DNA of 64,000 nucleotides, from contig JBHGNT010000001.1 of assembly GCA_043228905.1 (NCBI GenBank), forward strand, positions 21,142,001 through 21,206,000, read 5' to 3'. Positions 52,897 to 64,000 of the stretch are shown here, in pieces (position 1 is the first letter of the stretch; each line of letters begins with the position of its first letter). Source of the DNA: Azolla caroliniana (lineage: Eukaryota; Plantae; Polypodiophyta). The position numbers and the translations under genes are program-made. The notes under the pieces are model-generated. The model was not told the DNA's origin. It saw nothing but the letters and a program-made list of their open reading frames with translations, and did not search any database.

Positions 52897-55800
52897 ATGT
52901 CTAGATCAACGCACGACCTGGTTATAGATCGAACTCGACGCCTTCCCGAAAGGCAAAGGAGACGCGAGGCTTTCCAGCAAGCGGCGCAGGAAATTAGAGC
53001 GGATCGCTCGTTTTCCAACGTAATCCGGAGAGTAGCGAAGGACTCCCTCTGGTTACAGCAAACATCGCACCCTGACGACGGCAGCAGCCTAAGCAGCCTC
53101 CGGGAAACCGAATCCCTTCTCCACGCGTTGGCAAACGGAGAATGCGAAGCAGAAGCCTTTTCAACATATGAATCAGACTCCGAAGGGGAATACAGCGTGC
53201 ACACGAACTACCGTAGCAGTAACGAAACCCCGGGCGGACCGGAGGACGAAGGATCGGATACTTTACCGACACCGGAACCGGAAGTGCTAACGCTAGAAAC
53301 CCCGGAACCAGCTGAGGAAGAACGACCTCCGACACCGGAAGTCGAAGAGGAGAGGCCTCCGTCACCAAAGGAAGACAAAAAACAACCGACGCCGGAAACA
53401 AATCGGGAAAGACCACCGACGCCGGAGAAAATTCCGGAACGAGCACCAACATTACCAGCCCACGCACCAATACCGAACGACGACATGTCGTTCCAGTACT
53501 CCAAGTATAGAGATGATCCGGACGCGGAAGCTCATGTGCACGCCTTTGAACACACATGGGAAGCCAACCATGTGTCCTAGCGATTGACACCGGAGGAAGA
53601 AGAACGCTCTAAGGTAGCGGAATTTGGTGTCACATTGGAGGGACCCGCAGCAAGATGGCGCCGGACGCAGGACCCGTCTACCATCAACACCTTTGCAGAT
53701 TTAAAAACTAAATTCTTGCATTTTTTTCAAAAGGAGGTGGACCAGACCGTAATGGTAGGCTTATTTTATACCATCCGGCAAGAGGTAGGGGAGAGCATTC
53801 CCCAATTTGTCATCCGGTTTCAACGGATGCATAGTCAACTTGCCCGCGCACCTCCGGAAGAGGAATTACGGACTATATTCCTAAACGCGCTCCGGGAACC
53901 CCTACGCACGGTTTGCATGGTAATCGACTTCCGCACAAGTACCATCGACCAGGTCATTGACCGGGTGAGAGAGATGGAAAAGACAAGCTCCTGGCTCACA
54001 CTGGGAGCACTTCAACAGGCGTTACCGTCCGATGAAGACCTCCGGTTTCGGCAAGCAATACAGTGCACAACCTGCTTGAATTCCGGACACTCGGCTCTAG
54101 AATGCACTATGAGGACGCAATGTGTAATCTGTCAATCCAAGAGCCATACGACGGATAGGTGCGAGTATAATCTGTTGAATCGGCAAGCACCGCCCGTCCG
54201 ACCAATTGAGCCACGCAGCAGCCGGGATGAAGAAGACGAACGCTGGCGGCGAATGGACCGTGACCGACCGTCACAGGATGTCCGGTATGGCGAGCGACGG
54301 GAAAATGATGTCCGGTATGGCGATCGACGGGAAAATGATGTCCGGTACGGTGATCGGCGGGATAACTATGACCGGCATGATCGGTACCAGGATTACAATA
54401 GACGATACGAACATTACGACCGGGAGCACTCCCCCGGGTATCGTCAGCAACGGGAGGAATACGGCAGATATAACGGGCAACCCCATCAAGAGTACCGTAA
54501 TAAGAAGAGCTATAACAAAAAACGGCATTTTAAAATAGGCGGCTACCCCCGGGATCCGGAACAAGGAGCTCCAAGTAGCCAACCGGTACAAAACCCCGCG
54601 CGTGCCGTAGGACCTTCCCCGGGTACAACAGACAATGCCGAATCTAGCAATACCCGGAAGGCCTACTGCTACTACTGCCGACAGGAAGGCCATTATAGTA
54701 ACCAATGCCCGGTGAAGAGCATGGTAGTCCCTGAGGTGGTAAATATGGTAAATATGGTAGTCCCTGAGGTGGCGGATCTGCAGCAGGTGACCACAAGGTC
54801 GAAGGGCATGGCCAAAGAATGGGAGACACAGGAGACCATCCAGAAACAAGCAATGGAATGGGTAAAGAAAGCAAACGAGCAGAATGTCATAGAATTACAG
54901 CAGCAAAAGGAGAACACCACAGGGCTTGCCGGCGGTAGTCAGTCCGAGAACGAGACATGGCAGGCGTTGCAAGAATGCCAGATTACGTTACCACTAGGAA
55001 GACTCCTACAACTCGTGCCAAGATTCACGGAAGGACTGAAGATGGCCATGACGGCAGGAGAACCATCACCGGCACCGGTACTCTTCTCGAATCCGGAGGA
55101 GGGACCAATGGTGGTGGACACCAGCAATCCGGTAATCACTGCCATTGTGAAAGGGAAAGAACTCCCCGGCACAGTTATAGACGGAGGCTCTGGGGTGAAT
55201 GTAATAAGCCTCCGGATGTGTGATGACCTAGGAATCCACGAGTGGGAGCCGTGTCCGTTTTGGTTGCGGATGGCCGATACAAGCTCAGTGCGGCCGACAG
55301 GATTAATACAGAAATTAGAAGTCACCGTCGGCGGTCATACATTTCACATCTCGGCCGGAGTGCTACAATTACAGGCACAAGGCGCATACCCGCTATTGCT
55401 GGGGCGGCCATGGTTGAAAACGGCACATATCAAACAGAATTGGCGAAAACATATAATTACCTTCCGGCGAGGAAAAGCCAAGGTACGGGTACCAACACAG
55501 CCAAGGACGAGCACTGGCAAGGAATGTACACCGTTGTATGCGGAATGCGTCAACATGCTAGAAGGGTTAGCGAACGAAGAAGAAGCTCAATACCTGCAGG
55601 AAAACCCGAAGATCATACCCCTCTTCGAAATTGACATTGCCGAAGCAGTAGCACCATACTTACCGCAACCGGAAGAGGCGGAAGCAGAACCGGATAAAGA
55701 CGCAATCCGGGAGTTACGGCAAGCGCAGGAAGCGTTGGAACGGGAAATGGCCGTTTCACAGCGCGTAAAAGCATCGCAACTAGAAGAGGTGAATTTAGGC

Positions 55801-58695
55801 ACCACAGACGAAGCAAAACCGGTGCACATCGCCAAGGAGATGAAGTCCGGAGACAAAACGGCGATGATAACACTTCTCACGGAATTTCGCGACGTATTCG
55901 CCTGGTCATACGAAGACATGCGAGGACTCGACCCTCAGTTATACCAGCATCAAGTGCACTTGAGCAAGGACGCAAAACCAGTGGCACAAAGACGGTACCG
56001 GATGAATCCCAATTATGCCGCCAAGGTCAAGGAAGAAATCGACAAACTGCTAAGAGTTGGCTTTATCCGTCCGGTAAAGAAAGCGATATGGCTGAGCCCG
56101 ATCGTAGTCGTACCAAAGAAGAAAGGGAAAATTCGAGTTTGCGTGGACTACCGGAAACTCAATGCGGCTACGGTAACGGATGCGTTTCCACTTCCGTTCA
56201 CAGATGGAGTGTTGGATGCCGTCGCCGGCCATGAGTTCTATAGCTTCTTAGACGGATTCAGCGGGTATAATCAGATCCGGATGCACCCCGACGACCAAGA
56301 GAAAACGGCATTCGTCACTGAATGGGGGGTCTTTGTGGCCGTGGTGATGATGTTCAGACTCAAAACGGCACCGGCAACATTTCAACGAATCATCATGGAA
56401 ATCTTAGGTGAATATATACCGGCTTTTATGCAGGTTTTCCTTGACGATTTCGCCGTCTATAGCCGGGAGGAGGACCATTTTCAGCACCTCCGTCTTTGTC
56501 TAGAAAAGTGTAGAGCGTACCGGCTAAGCTTGAATCCGGCAAAGTGTGTATTTGGCGTGTCCAGTGGAACTTTATTAGGACATATTGTGTGCCAGGAAGG
56601 TATTGCAGTCGACCCGGACAAAGTGAAAGCCATATTAGAAGCACCGGCGCCGGCAATGGCAAAGGCATTAAGCCGGTTCTTAGGCCAGATCCGGTGGCAC
56701 AGCCGGATGCTCCGATACTTGGCCGACCTGGCTACACCGTTGCATGTCGTCGTACATCGGACACCATTCCAGTGGACCGACACTGAGGATAGGGCGTATA
56801 AGGCCCTCAAGGTACTATTGTCGCAGGCACCGGTAGTACAACCTCTGGATTGGAGTAAAGAATTTCACGTGTTCGTGGACGCCTCCGACATCGCAATCGG
56901 AAGCGTACTTATGAAACTTACGGAGCCAAAGTGGTACCGGCCAGTGTACTATGGCAGCTGAAAGCTATCCCAAGCAGAACGAAACTACTCTACCATGGAA
57001 CGGGAAGCTCTAGGGATGATCTACAGTGTGACAAAGTTTCGTCACTATTTATTGGGAAGGAAGTTTTCCTTCCATGTAGATCATTCGTCACTCCTTTACC
57101 TGGTGTCCAAGGCGTCACTCACCGGCAAATTGGCCCGGTGGACCTTATTGTTACAGGAGTTCGAGTTTGAAATATTCCACCGACCTGGTATACAACATGC
57201 CGTAGCGGATTACTTAAGCCGATTGGAGTCCGGAGAGACAAGTGACGGAGTACCGGATGCGGAGCTATTTCGAGTCACTACGGAGACGGCAGCAGATCAG
57301 ACGGTGGCCCAGGAAGACAAGTGGCTCACAAATATGCACCAGTTTCTGAGCACAGGACTGCCTCCGGAAGAGCTGAATCGGGACGAACAGAAACACCTGG
57401 CGGTGCAAAGCCGACATTTCTGCTTACTACAAGACACACTGTACCACAAGGGCGCGGACGGCATATGGAGACGGGCGGTGCGCAGCGATGAAAAGGAACT
57501 GATCTTGAGGGAAGCCCACTGTGGAGTTGCCGGAGGTCACTATGCCGGAGATGCGACGGCCAGAAAAATATGGCAAAGTGGCCTATGGTGGCCAACGACA
57601 TTAAGAGATGCGGTACGGTACGCAAAAGAATGTGACCTATGCCAGAGAATGGGCCAGCCAACGGAGCAGGCTCGTATGTCACACCAGTCGGTACTACCAC
57701 TCGAGCCATTCCAAAAGTGGGGGCTGGACTTTGTAGGAACGTTCAAGCCACCGGCAATGAGAACGGGTAATCGGTACGTTATCGTTGCTACAGATTACTG
57801 CACGAAATGGGTGGAGGCCAAAGCTTTACGGGATAACACCGTTGCATCAACGGCAAAGTTTCTATATGAGTACATCTGGTGTCGTTACGGATGCCCCATA
57901 GAATTGATAAGTGACCAAGGGGGGCACTTTCTCGGCCAAGTAGTGGAAAGCCTGACGACATTCTATGCCGTTGTACACAAACGGAGCACACCTTACTATC
58001 CACAGGCGAACGGTTTAGCGGAATCAACAAACAAGACGCTCCAGAATATCCTCCGGAAGATCGTCAACGAAAACCGGACGGATTGGGACACAAAGCTACA
58101 TAGCGTGCTTTGGGCATACCGGACGGCATACAAAACAAGCATCCGAACAACACCGTTCCGGTTGGCGTTCGGACTCGAGGTGGTCATGCCGGTAGAATTC
58201 CAAGTACCTAGCTTACGGATCCAGCTACGGGAAAGGCTGAACGAGAAGGAGTCGGAGGCAATAAGGTTGACAGCGTTGTGTGAGCTCGAGGAACAACGAC
58301 TGGCCAGCATTCAACATTTAGAATTGGAGCAACGCAGATGGAAAGCATTTGTCAACCGACACAGGAAAGGTAACGAAAAAATGTTCGCAATCAGCAAACC
58401 AGTGTTAGTATTCCAAACTTGGATGGGGAAGATGCCAGGTAAACTACGGTTTAGATGGACCGGACCATATTGGCTAACACGGGAGTATAATGGTTCCTAC
58501 CAGTTAGGGACACTTGCCGGCGAAGTGCTAGGCAAATGGGTCAACGGATTCCGGTTAAAGGCATATAGAGGACCGATGCCTAAGAACCCGTTTGAGCAAA
58601 GGACCGACGGCAACCACCAAGACGGCAGAGACGGCAAGCTGGGAACCGGAGAGAATGAGGCTGGTAAGGGTTCGAGAGGACCAACGGACAAGTAA
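52897..58695 (+). pseudogene. C3 single-frame gag-pol with only two in-frame stops
   Basis: ORFs 52810-53580, 53584-56961 and 56995-58695 share one frame. Three CCHC knuckles; PR IDGGSGVN; RT, RH, IN with GPY motif. Confidence 0.93.
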
Positions 58696-58856
58696 CGTCA
58701 CACTAATAATAATAATAACGAAAAAAGAAAAAAAAGAAAAAAAAAACAATCATGCAAAAGCGAGGAATGAATGGATGAAAGAGCGTGGAGCGAAAAGGTA
58801 CGTAGTGGGCATTTAAAGCACCACCACAGGACATAATGCTATTTTAAGTACGCGAC

Positions 58857-59420
58857 ATGCACACACTCGAAAAAGGCGCCAGAATGCACAGACAAAAACC
58901 ATTGCGCGTAGAGACCCTCTACTTTCGCGAACCCAGGAGCACAGAAGCACCAAGACGTTGCAAGATCATCAGACGAGAACCTGCGCACATAGAACCCCCG
59001 CCTTCTGAACTCTCTCTTTCTCAACCCCACTCTCATCACCATCCATCCTCGCCACCGCAATCTGACCATGACACAGAGATGGACCCGCAAACGCTGTCGG
59101 AAGCCGCCAAGACATGGCTGAAGCAACACGGGCTCGAGGGCTTCTTGATGATGATGGAAGTACCGCCACACAAAGAAGCCGACAAAGTGATCAAGGAAAT
59201 CGATACAGAGGTCATAACGGCAGAGGCGATTCGAGCGTTAACAGGCCTTCCGGAGGGAGGCATACTCACGATCGACAATCCAACCCCGGAGAAACTCATC
59301 AGGTATTTTGGTGAGTACTCACTAGGCAGCAAGGGCTACCGGACACAGGGCGGCGGAGATATGTTGTTCCGCGAGATTGCTCGTGTGCTCCACGAATACG
59401 GCCACGTGTACCCTAGACCC
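58857..59420 (+). pseudogene. C3 extra ORF, N-terminal part
   Basis: WLKQHGLEGFL...HEYGHVYPRP, then the inversion breakpoint. Confidence 0.78.
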
Positions 59421-59442
59421 CGGAATCCACAACCGACCCTTG

Positions 59443-61760
59443 CTATTCTTCGTCCAAAATGTCCAGAATGCTTTGTTCGAGAGGCTCCAATGGTTCATCT
59501 GGAAGTGGTTGTTGTTGTTGTTGTTGTTGCTGCTCTGTTGCTGTCTGCTGCGGTGTGTCCGTTGGTGGTTGTTGCGGCTGCTCCTCCGTTTGTGGCTCTG
59601 ACACCGGCGTCTCCGTCGTTGCTCCCTGCGTCGTAGTGGTTTCCGGTTGACTGGTTCCTGACAGGCCCTCAGCCGGCGACGGTTCCTCATCACTAAGGTT
59701 AATCGTTGCCGCTTCCCGTGCTTTTTCTTCCCGCACCCGGGACCGCTCGTAGCTTTCAAACTGGATTTGAGTGTCCAGCCTATCATCGTCCAGCTGAGCT
59801 ACGAGCTGCCTGACCTGGGCCAGCTGTTCATCTGCCAGGACTTGGAAGTTGTCGGCCAGCTCGTCCCGTATGGCGGTGAAGTCTTCGGAAGTCAACGTAT
59901 AACAATCATCTCCTTCCTTCCGCCGGTTTGCCACATCCGCCCGTAGCAACTGGAGTTCCGCCGCGTTTTGTGCCCACTTTGTCCACCATTTTACGGAGCT
60001 TTCATCAATCAAGTGTTTTGTCTGATTCAGCCATGCCCAGAGGATGGACTGAATCCGGCTCGTTCCCAATTGCGATTTGGTTTCCGCCGCTTGCCGTTCC
60101 TCCTTCAGTTGTTTGATGATTTTGACGTTGTCCTCCGCCTGAGCCTTGTAATGCGTCAATTGCCTTTGATATGTGCTTTGTAATTTCTGCAATACTATTG
60201 ACGCTCTCTCTTTGTCTTCCTGCTGCTACCTCTGGAGCTCCATCCGGACCTTCTCCGCCTCGTCCAAGCGTCTTGTATTTTCTGCCCGTTCGTCGGCAAT
60301 TGCCGTCGCGGCCCGATCAACTGCCTGCTGGAGCTCGGCCATCCGTTCTGTATGCTCCGTTTCCAGCCGTTTGTAGTCCCGGTGCAAGTGCTCAAAATCA
60401 TCCGTCTTTTGCTTGAGCCGTGCGTTGATCTGACGACGGGCCCGGTCCTCGCGGTCCTTCTGCTAGCGGAGCTCTTCCTTTAGCCATTCAATCTCTGTTT
60501 CCGCCGTTTTCCGCAGCTTGTCCTTTTCTTGCAGCACTTTGTCTTTCTCCTCCTTTAGCCGGTCGTACGCTTGATGGCCTTTCCGGAGGCTCTCCTCTGC
60601 CCGACGGAGGTTCTCAGCAGTCTTCTTTAATTCGGCTTCGGCTGCCGTCTTCAATTCTCGTTCACGGCTCCTTAGCGCCTCTTGGGCGACAAGTTCATCT
60701 CTCAATTCCGCAAGCTCCTGGGCTTGCGCCGCATCTCTCGCCGGAACGGTTTCCGTTGCCGGGGTCTTATTGCTATGTACAGGTCGTTCCGTTTCTTTAT
60801 TCTGTACACTTACCGGAGTCATCGGTGATTGGATCCGTATTTTGGCCATCTCTATCGTGACCTGATCCAAGTCTTTTTCAAGGCACCGGATTCTGGACCG
60901 GGCCGTCTCTAGTTGTTCGGTTGTGACGAGCAATTGTTCGCTTTACGCTCTTTCTTCCGCCTCAATATACCCCACTACTCCGACTATCTGTTCGCCTATC
61001 CACCGGAGCCACAGGCTACCGGTGCCTTGTTGTGCTTGAACGGAGGTATGACAGATGGGCTCACTTGTAGAGGGGTGGTCCTGCCTGGTCGCGCCGAGTT
61101 GCAGTTCCGTTTCTGCCCGTGGACCATCCTACTGTCCTGGTTCCCCTTGCGCTTCTTCTTGGCTGACCGAGGGAGGCTGCAGTGACCTTTCCGGCTCTGG
61201 CGGGATGGGACTCGCCGGTGTTGTCGGTGGTGCCGGGGCTTCTGTTTCCGGTTCCTTCCTTGGCGTGGGAGTCTCAGTATGGGGAGCCGGTGTTCCCTCC
61301 GTCAGAGGGTCCGAACGTTTCCCGGCTGTCTCAACGGTCCTTGCCGACGACCGTCGCTGGAGGTGCTCCGTAGGCTCCTCCTCTATTTCCTCCTCCTGAG
61401 CTCCGGCATTGAGTTTTGCCGCCAAGGGGTCCGCTTCTCGATTCACCGGTCGGCGGAGTGTGACCTTTATGGGCCGTGCCGGTGGTTCCTCCTGCGCCTC
61501 CGTTGGGCGCTTCCGGCTGCCGCTTCCTGCTGCCGCCTGTTCTGTATCCGCTGCCTTTCCCTTAGTGGCCTTAGAGGCCAATAGCTGTTGCCGTTTGGAA
61601 GCCGTCCTTGGGGTGCCGTCCGCCACTCTTCCTCGCTTCTTGGGTTGGATGGTCTGAACGGGTGGCACCAGCAAGGTGAGCCACTGCGTTACGGCGTGCC
61701 ATATCCTTCGTCCGTCTCGGCCTTCTTTGCCGTCTTTGCCTCTGACGATCTCGATCGCGA
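59443..61760 (-). pseudogene. C3 extra ORF, remainder (inverted)
   Basis: KKRGR..SKRQQLLASKATKGK, coiled coil, polyQ, EPLEQSILDILDEE. Confidence 0.78.
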
Positions 61761-62073
61761 TTGCGTATGTGCATGTGCCGAAAGAGAAATGGAGGAAGTT
61801 GGACGCGAAAGCCGAGAAGTGTATCTTGGTCAGCTATGCATCCTGGTACTTGCCTCCGACTCCGGACCTCATCTCCAATCCGAGTTCTAACAATGAGGTC
61901 AGTGAGGCCGAGATGCCTCCGGATGAGCCTGAAATCGGGACCCGCGAAGAGAGTCCGATTTTGTTTTTGTTAAGCGGGCCGGATGGACGAATAAATCGGT
62001 TCAACCAGTTCGATGAAGAGCCAGCGAGTAGTGGAGACTCGGTCGTGCATTCCCCGCGTAGGCAGCCAAGGAG
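61760..62073 (+). pseudogene. Copia (Copia-1 family) integrase C-terminal fragment
   Basis: IAYVHVPKEKWRKLDAKAEKCILVSY and DEEPASSGDS. Confidence 0.8.
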
Positions 62074-62602
62074 CCTTGGTGGTCTTGACTGGAATGTAGC
62101 TCTGTTATGCTTTCTGACCAAGCAGTCGAGACACTCAGATAATGGATGAAAAAGAAGCTCTACAGAAAATATAGGTCTTGCTTTTGCAAATAGTCTTGAG
62201 AAAATAAAAGCCTTAAGGTCTCTAATAATTCCTTCTATAATGGGTTCTCTAATCCCTTCATGCTACTTGGACTCAACCTTTTAATAGCTCTCAAAAGTGA
62301 AGGTAATAACAACTTGATAGCATACTCTCTATTAGCATCTTCATTTGCATCTGAAATGGCTGTCAACACGGGATGAAAAAATAGTGTAACAACATTTGCA
62401 CAGAACATTTCTCCTGAGGTTGTAGCAACTCTTTCATTTCACAAGTTTACATTTGTGTTACTTGATGCATTCGACAAAAGAATAGAAACAATTTGACAAG
62501 CTATACAGAAATCTAATGGTTCCTTTGACACATGTCTTGTATTCCTCCCAGACTTTGTCATTGTCACAAACACACCAACCGCGGATTCGGATGGAGCAAG
62601 GA

Positions 62603-63213
62603 TGATGGGTCTAAGAGTGCAGAACTTGAGAAGCTGGGAATGACACAAGAGCATGAAGACAGAGATGAAGAATGAGACAAGATGGAATGGAACAAGAATA
62701 CTAGATTGATATGTCAATGACTGACGTTGAATCCCTTGAAAGGGATCAAGGAGGTTACAAGTATTTATACAAGTTCTGAGATTCAGTATCTCTAGAATAT
62801 ACTTGACAAATATCTCTAGAATATACCCGTCTAGAATACACCATAGAATATTTCTAGAATACACTAAAGGCTCTAGAATATTCTAGAATGTATATATACT
62901 AGAATATACAATAAAATACTTTACTATATTATACATGATCATATCTAGATGGTTGAGCATGATGTCTTGTAGATGTGAGGTTGCAGGTTCAATCTTCACT
63001 AACTACGCATTTGACGTCACTGTGTTGTGACATTATCCTCCCCTTTACAACCGCCTTTTCGAAAGCGTGGTGTAGGGGTGGACGGGGATTGGAGCAATGA
63101 GGGGCATGAGGAAGCATATGTTGTCCTCCTTAGCTGACTCTGGACCGTTGGAGTGTCTCTTCACTCTCAAGGTGAGTTCACACACTAGACCAAGTTGAGC
63201 TTGATTCTCAACA
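62603..63213 (-). repeat. LTR with a heat-shock-element cluster (left boundary approximate)
   Basis: Minus strand starts TGTTGAGAATCAAGCTCAAC, like the Copia LTRs here. TATAAATA at 62762-62769 (minus). Repeated CTAGAATA. Confidence 0.65.
62791..62907. promoter_or_regulatory. Heat-shock element cluster
   Basis: Perfect nGAAnnTTCnnGAAn (AGAATATTCTAGAAT, 62875-62889) among about eight TAGAAT units. Confidence 0.65.
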
Positions 63214-63597
63214 GTCGGCATACCGCCGACTTGTTCATATCCGACTAGAAACCGGGGGGTTGGGTCATAAAGACCTCTTCTTCAAGATCGCCTTGAAGAA
63301 ATGCATTCTTCACGTCCATCTGGTGAAGATGCCACTCCCTTGCCGCAACAACTACCAGCACCACACGAACCATCGTCATCTTCGCTACCGGAGCGAAGGT
63401 CTCATCATAGTTGATTCCATGGGTATGTGCGTATCCCTTCGCCACTATCCGGGCCTTGTACCGGTTAACCGAACCGTCAACATTGTACTTTACCTTGTAC
63501 ACCCACTTACATCCGATCGGTTTATAGTGTCGGGGAGGGTCAACTAGGTCCCATGTGTCGTTGGCATCGCGTGCCCGCATTTCTTCCTTCATAGCGG
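63214..63597 (-). pseudogene. Copia RT fragment (Copia-1 family)
   Basis: [30 protein letters not shown]. Confidence 0.9.
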
Positions 63598-64000
63598 TGT
63601 CGTGGCGTGGCTCGCCTAGAAGCGTAGCGTTGCGTAGACAAAAGATATCGTGAAAGTGAGGAAGGAATCACTGGGATTATGGACGGAAGAGACGAAAGAG
63701 TAGAGATAGATAAATAGTGATCAACAAGATATGACAAGATAGGATATAGAATGATATTTGAAGCAATAAAAGAGATTTATAATTATTTGATGAAAGAGTT
63801 ACAAAAGTGGTTGTACACGTCGTTGAACCTCCGAACTTTGTCTTGCAAGGTAATCACTCTTCTCTTTCTTGATCGTAGACCACTACAATCTTCACTTCAA
63901 TATTTTGATGAAGATAAGGCTCGAACTGCCTCCTTCTTGTTGAGAGTTGACCACCACGACCGCCAAGCTAGAGCTCCACCTTTATGTTAAACTTCTTCCC
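63598..64000. repeat. Probable LTR of another insertion running off the window
   Basis: Copia homology stops abruptly at TGTCGTGG, followed by non-coding sequence. Confidence 0.45.

Larger units (their letters stand above)
52409..61760 (+). mobile_element. Athila-like Gypsy element C3 with inverted 3' part and no 3' LTR
   Basis: LTR 52409-52843; PBS TGGCGACCACGAT at 52851; gag-pol; extra ORF broken by an inversion at ~59421. Confidence 0.9.

Noticed and set aside
42481-61890. Many antisense or alternative-frame ORFs overlapping gag-pol and the extra ORF
   Set aside because: Shadow ORFs of GC-rich coding sequence with no recognisable motifs.
62074-62602. Possible host gene fragment
   Set aside because: Interrupted frame with no recognisable domain; directly follows an LTR, so probably element-internal sequence.

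Overview
This window is a gene-free nest of decayed plant LTR retrotransposons, probably from a non-seed plant such as a moss (inferred from the element types). A minus-strand Ty3/Gypsy element A with a tRNA-Trp primer site spans <1-39056. It contains a hAT-type MITE, fragments of a second Gypsy (B), a 4.3-kb near-identical duplication and a 331-bp triplication. A Copia element (19866-38866, TSD GTATG) sits in A's 5' LTR and itself carries an Athila-like Gypsy C1 (TSD AAGGT) and a second Copia (TSD GTGGG). The right half holds a 48-bp minisatellite, a plus-strand relative of A (element D) interrupted by Athila-like C2 and C3, and further Copia/LTR fragments. The most unusual feature is a non-coding, GA-rich element with a ~2.5-kb unit (5963-9191) in partial-tandem arrangement. 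It carries two identical minimal type I hammerhead ribozymes on the minus strand (6289-6347, 8810-8868) and lies exactly between the two copies of the 4.3-kb duplication. It is a candidate retrozyme or non-autonomous Penelope-like element. Also notable: tRNA-like A/B boxes lying antisense in the U3 of two unrelated LTR families; a 56-bp-period hairpin array with a compensatory change; a ~1000-aa extra ORF in the Athila-like family; a heat-shock-element cluster in one LTR; and strong CCGG enrichment in family C. All calls were made by eye, with no database searches.
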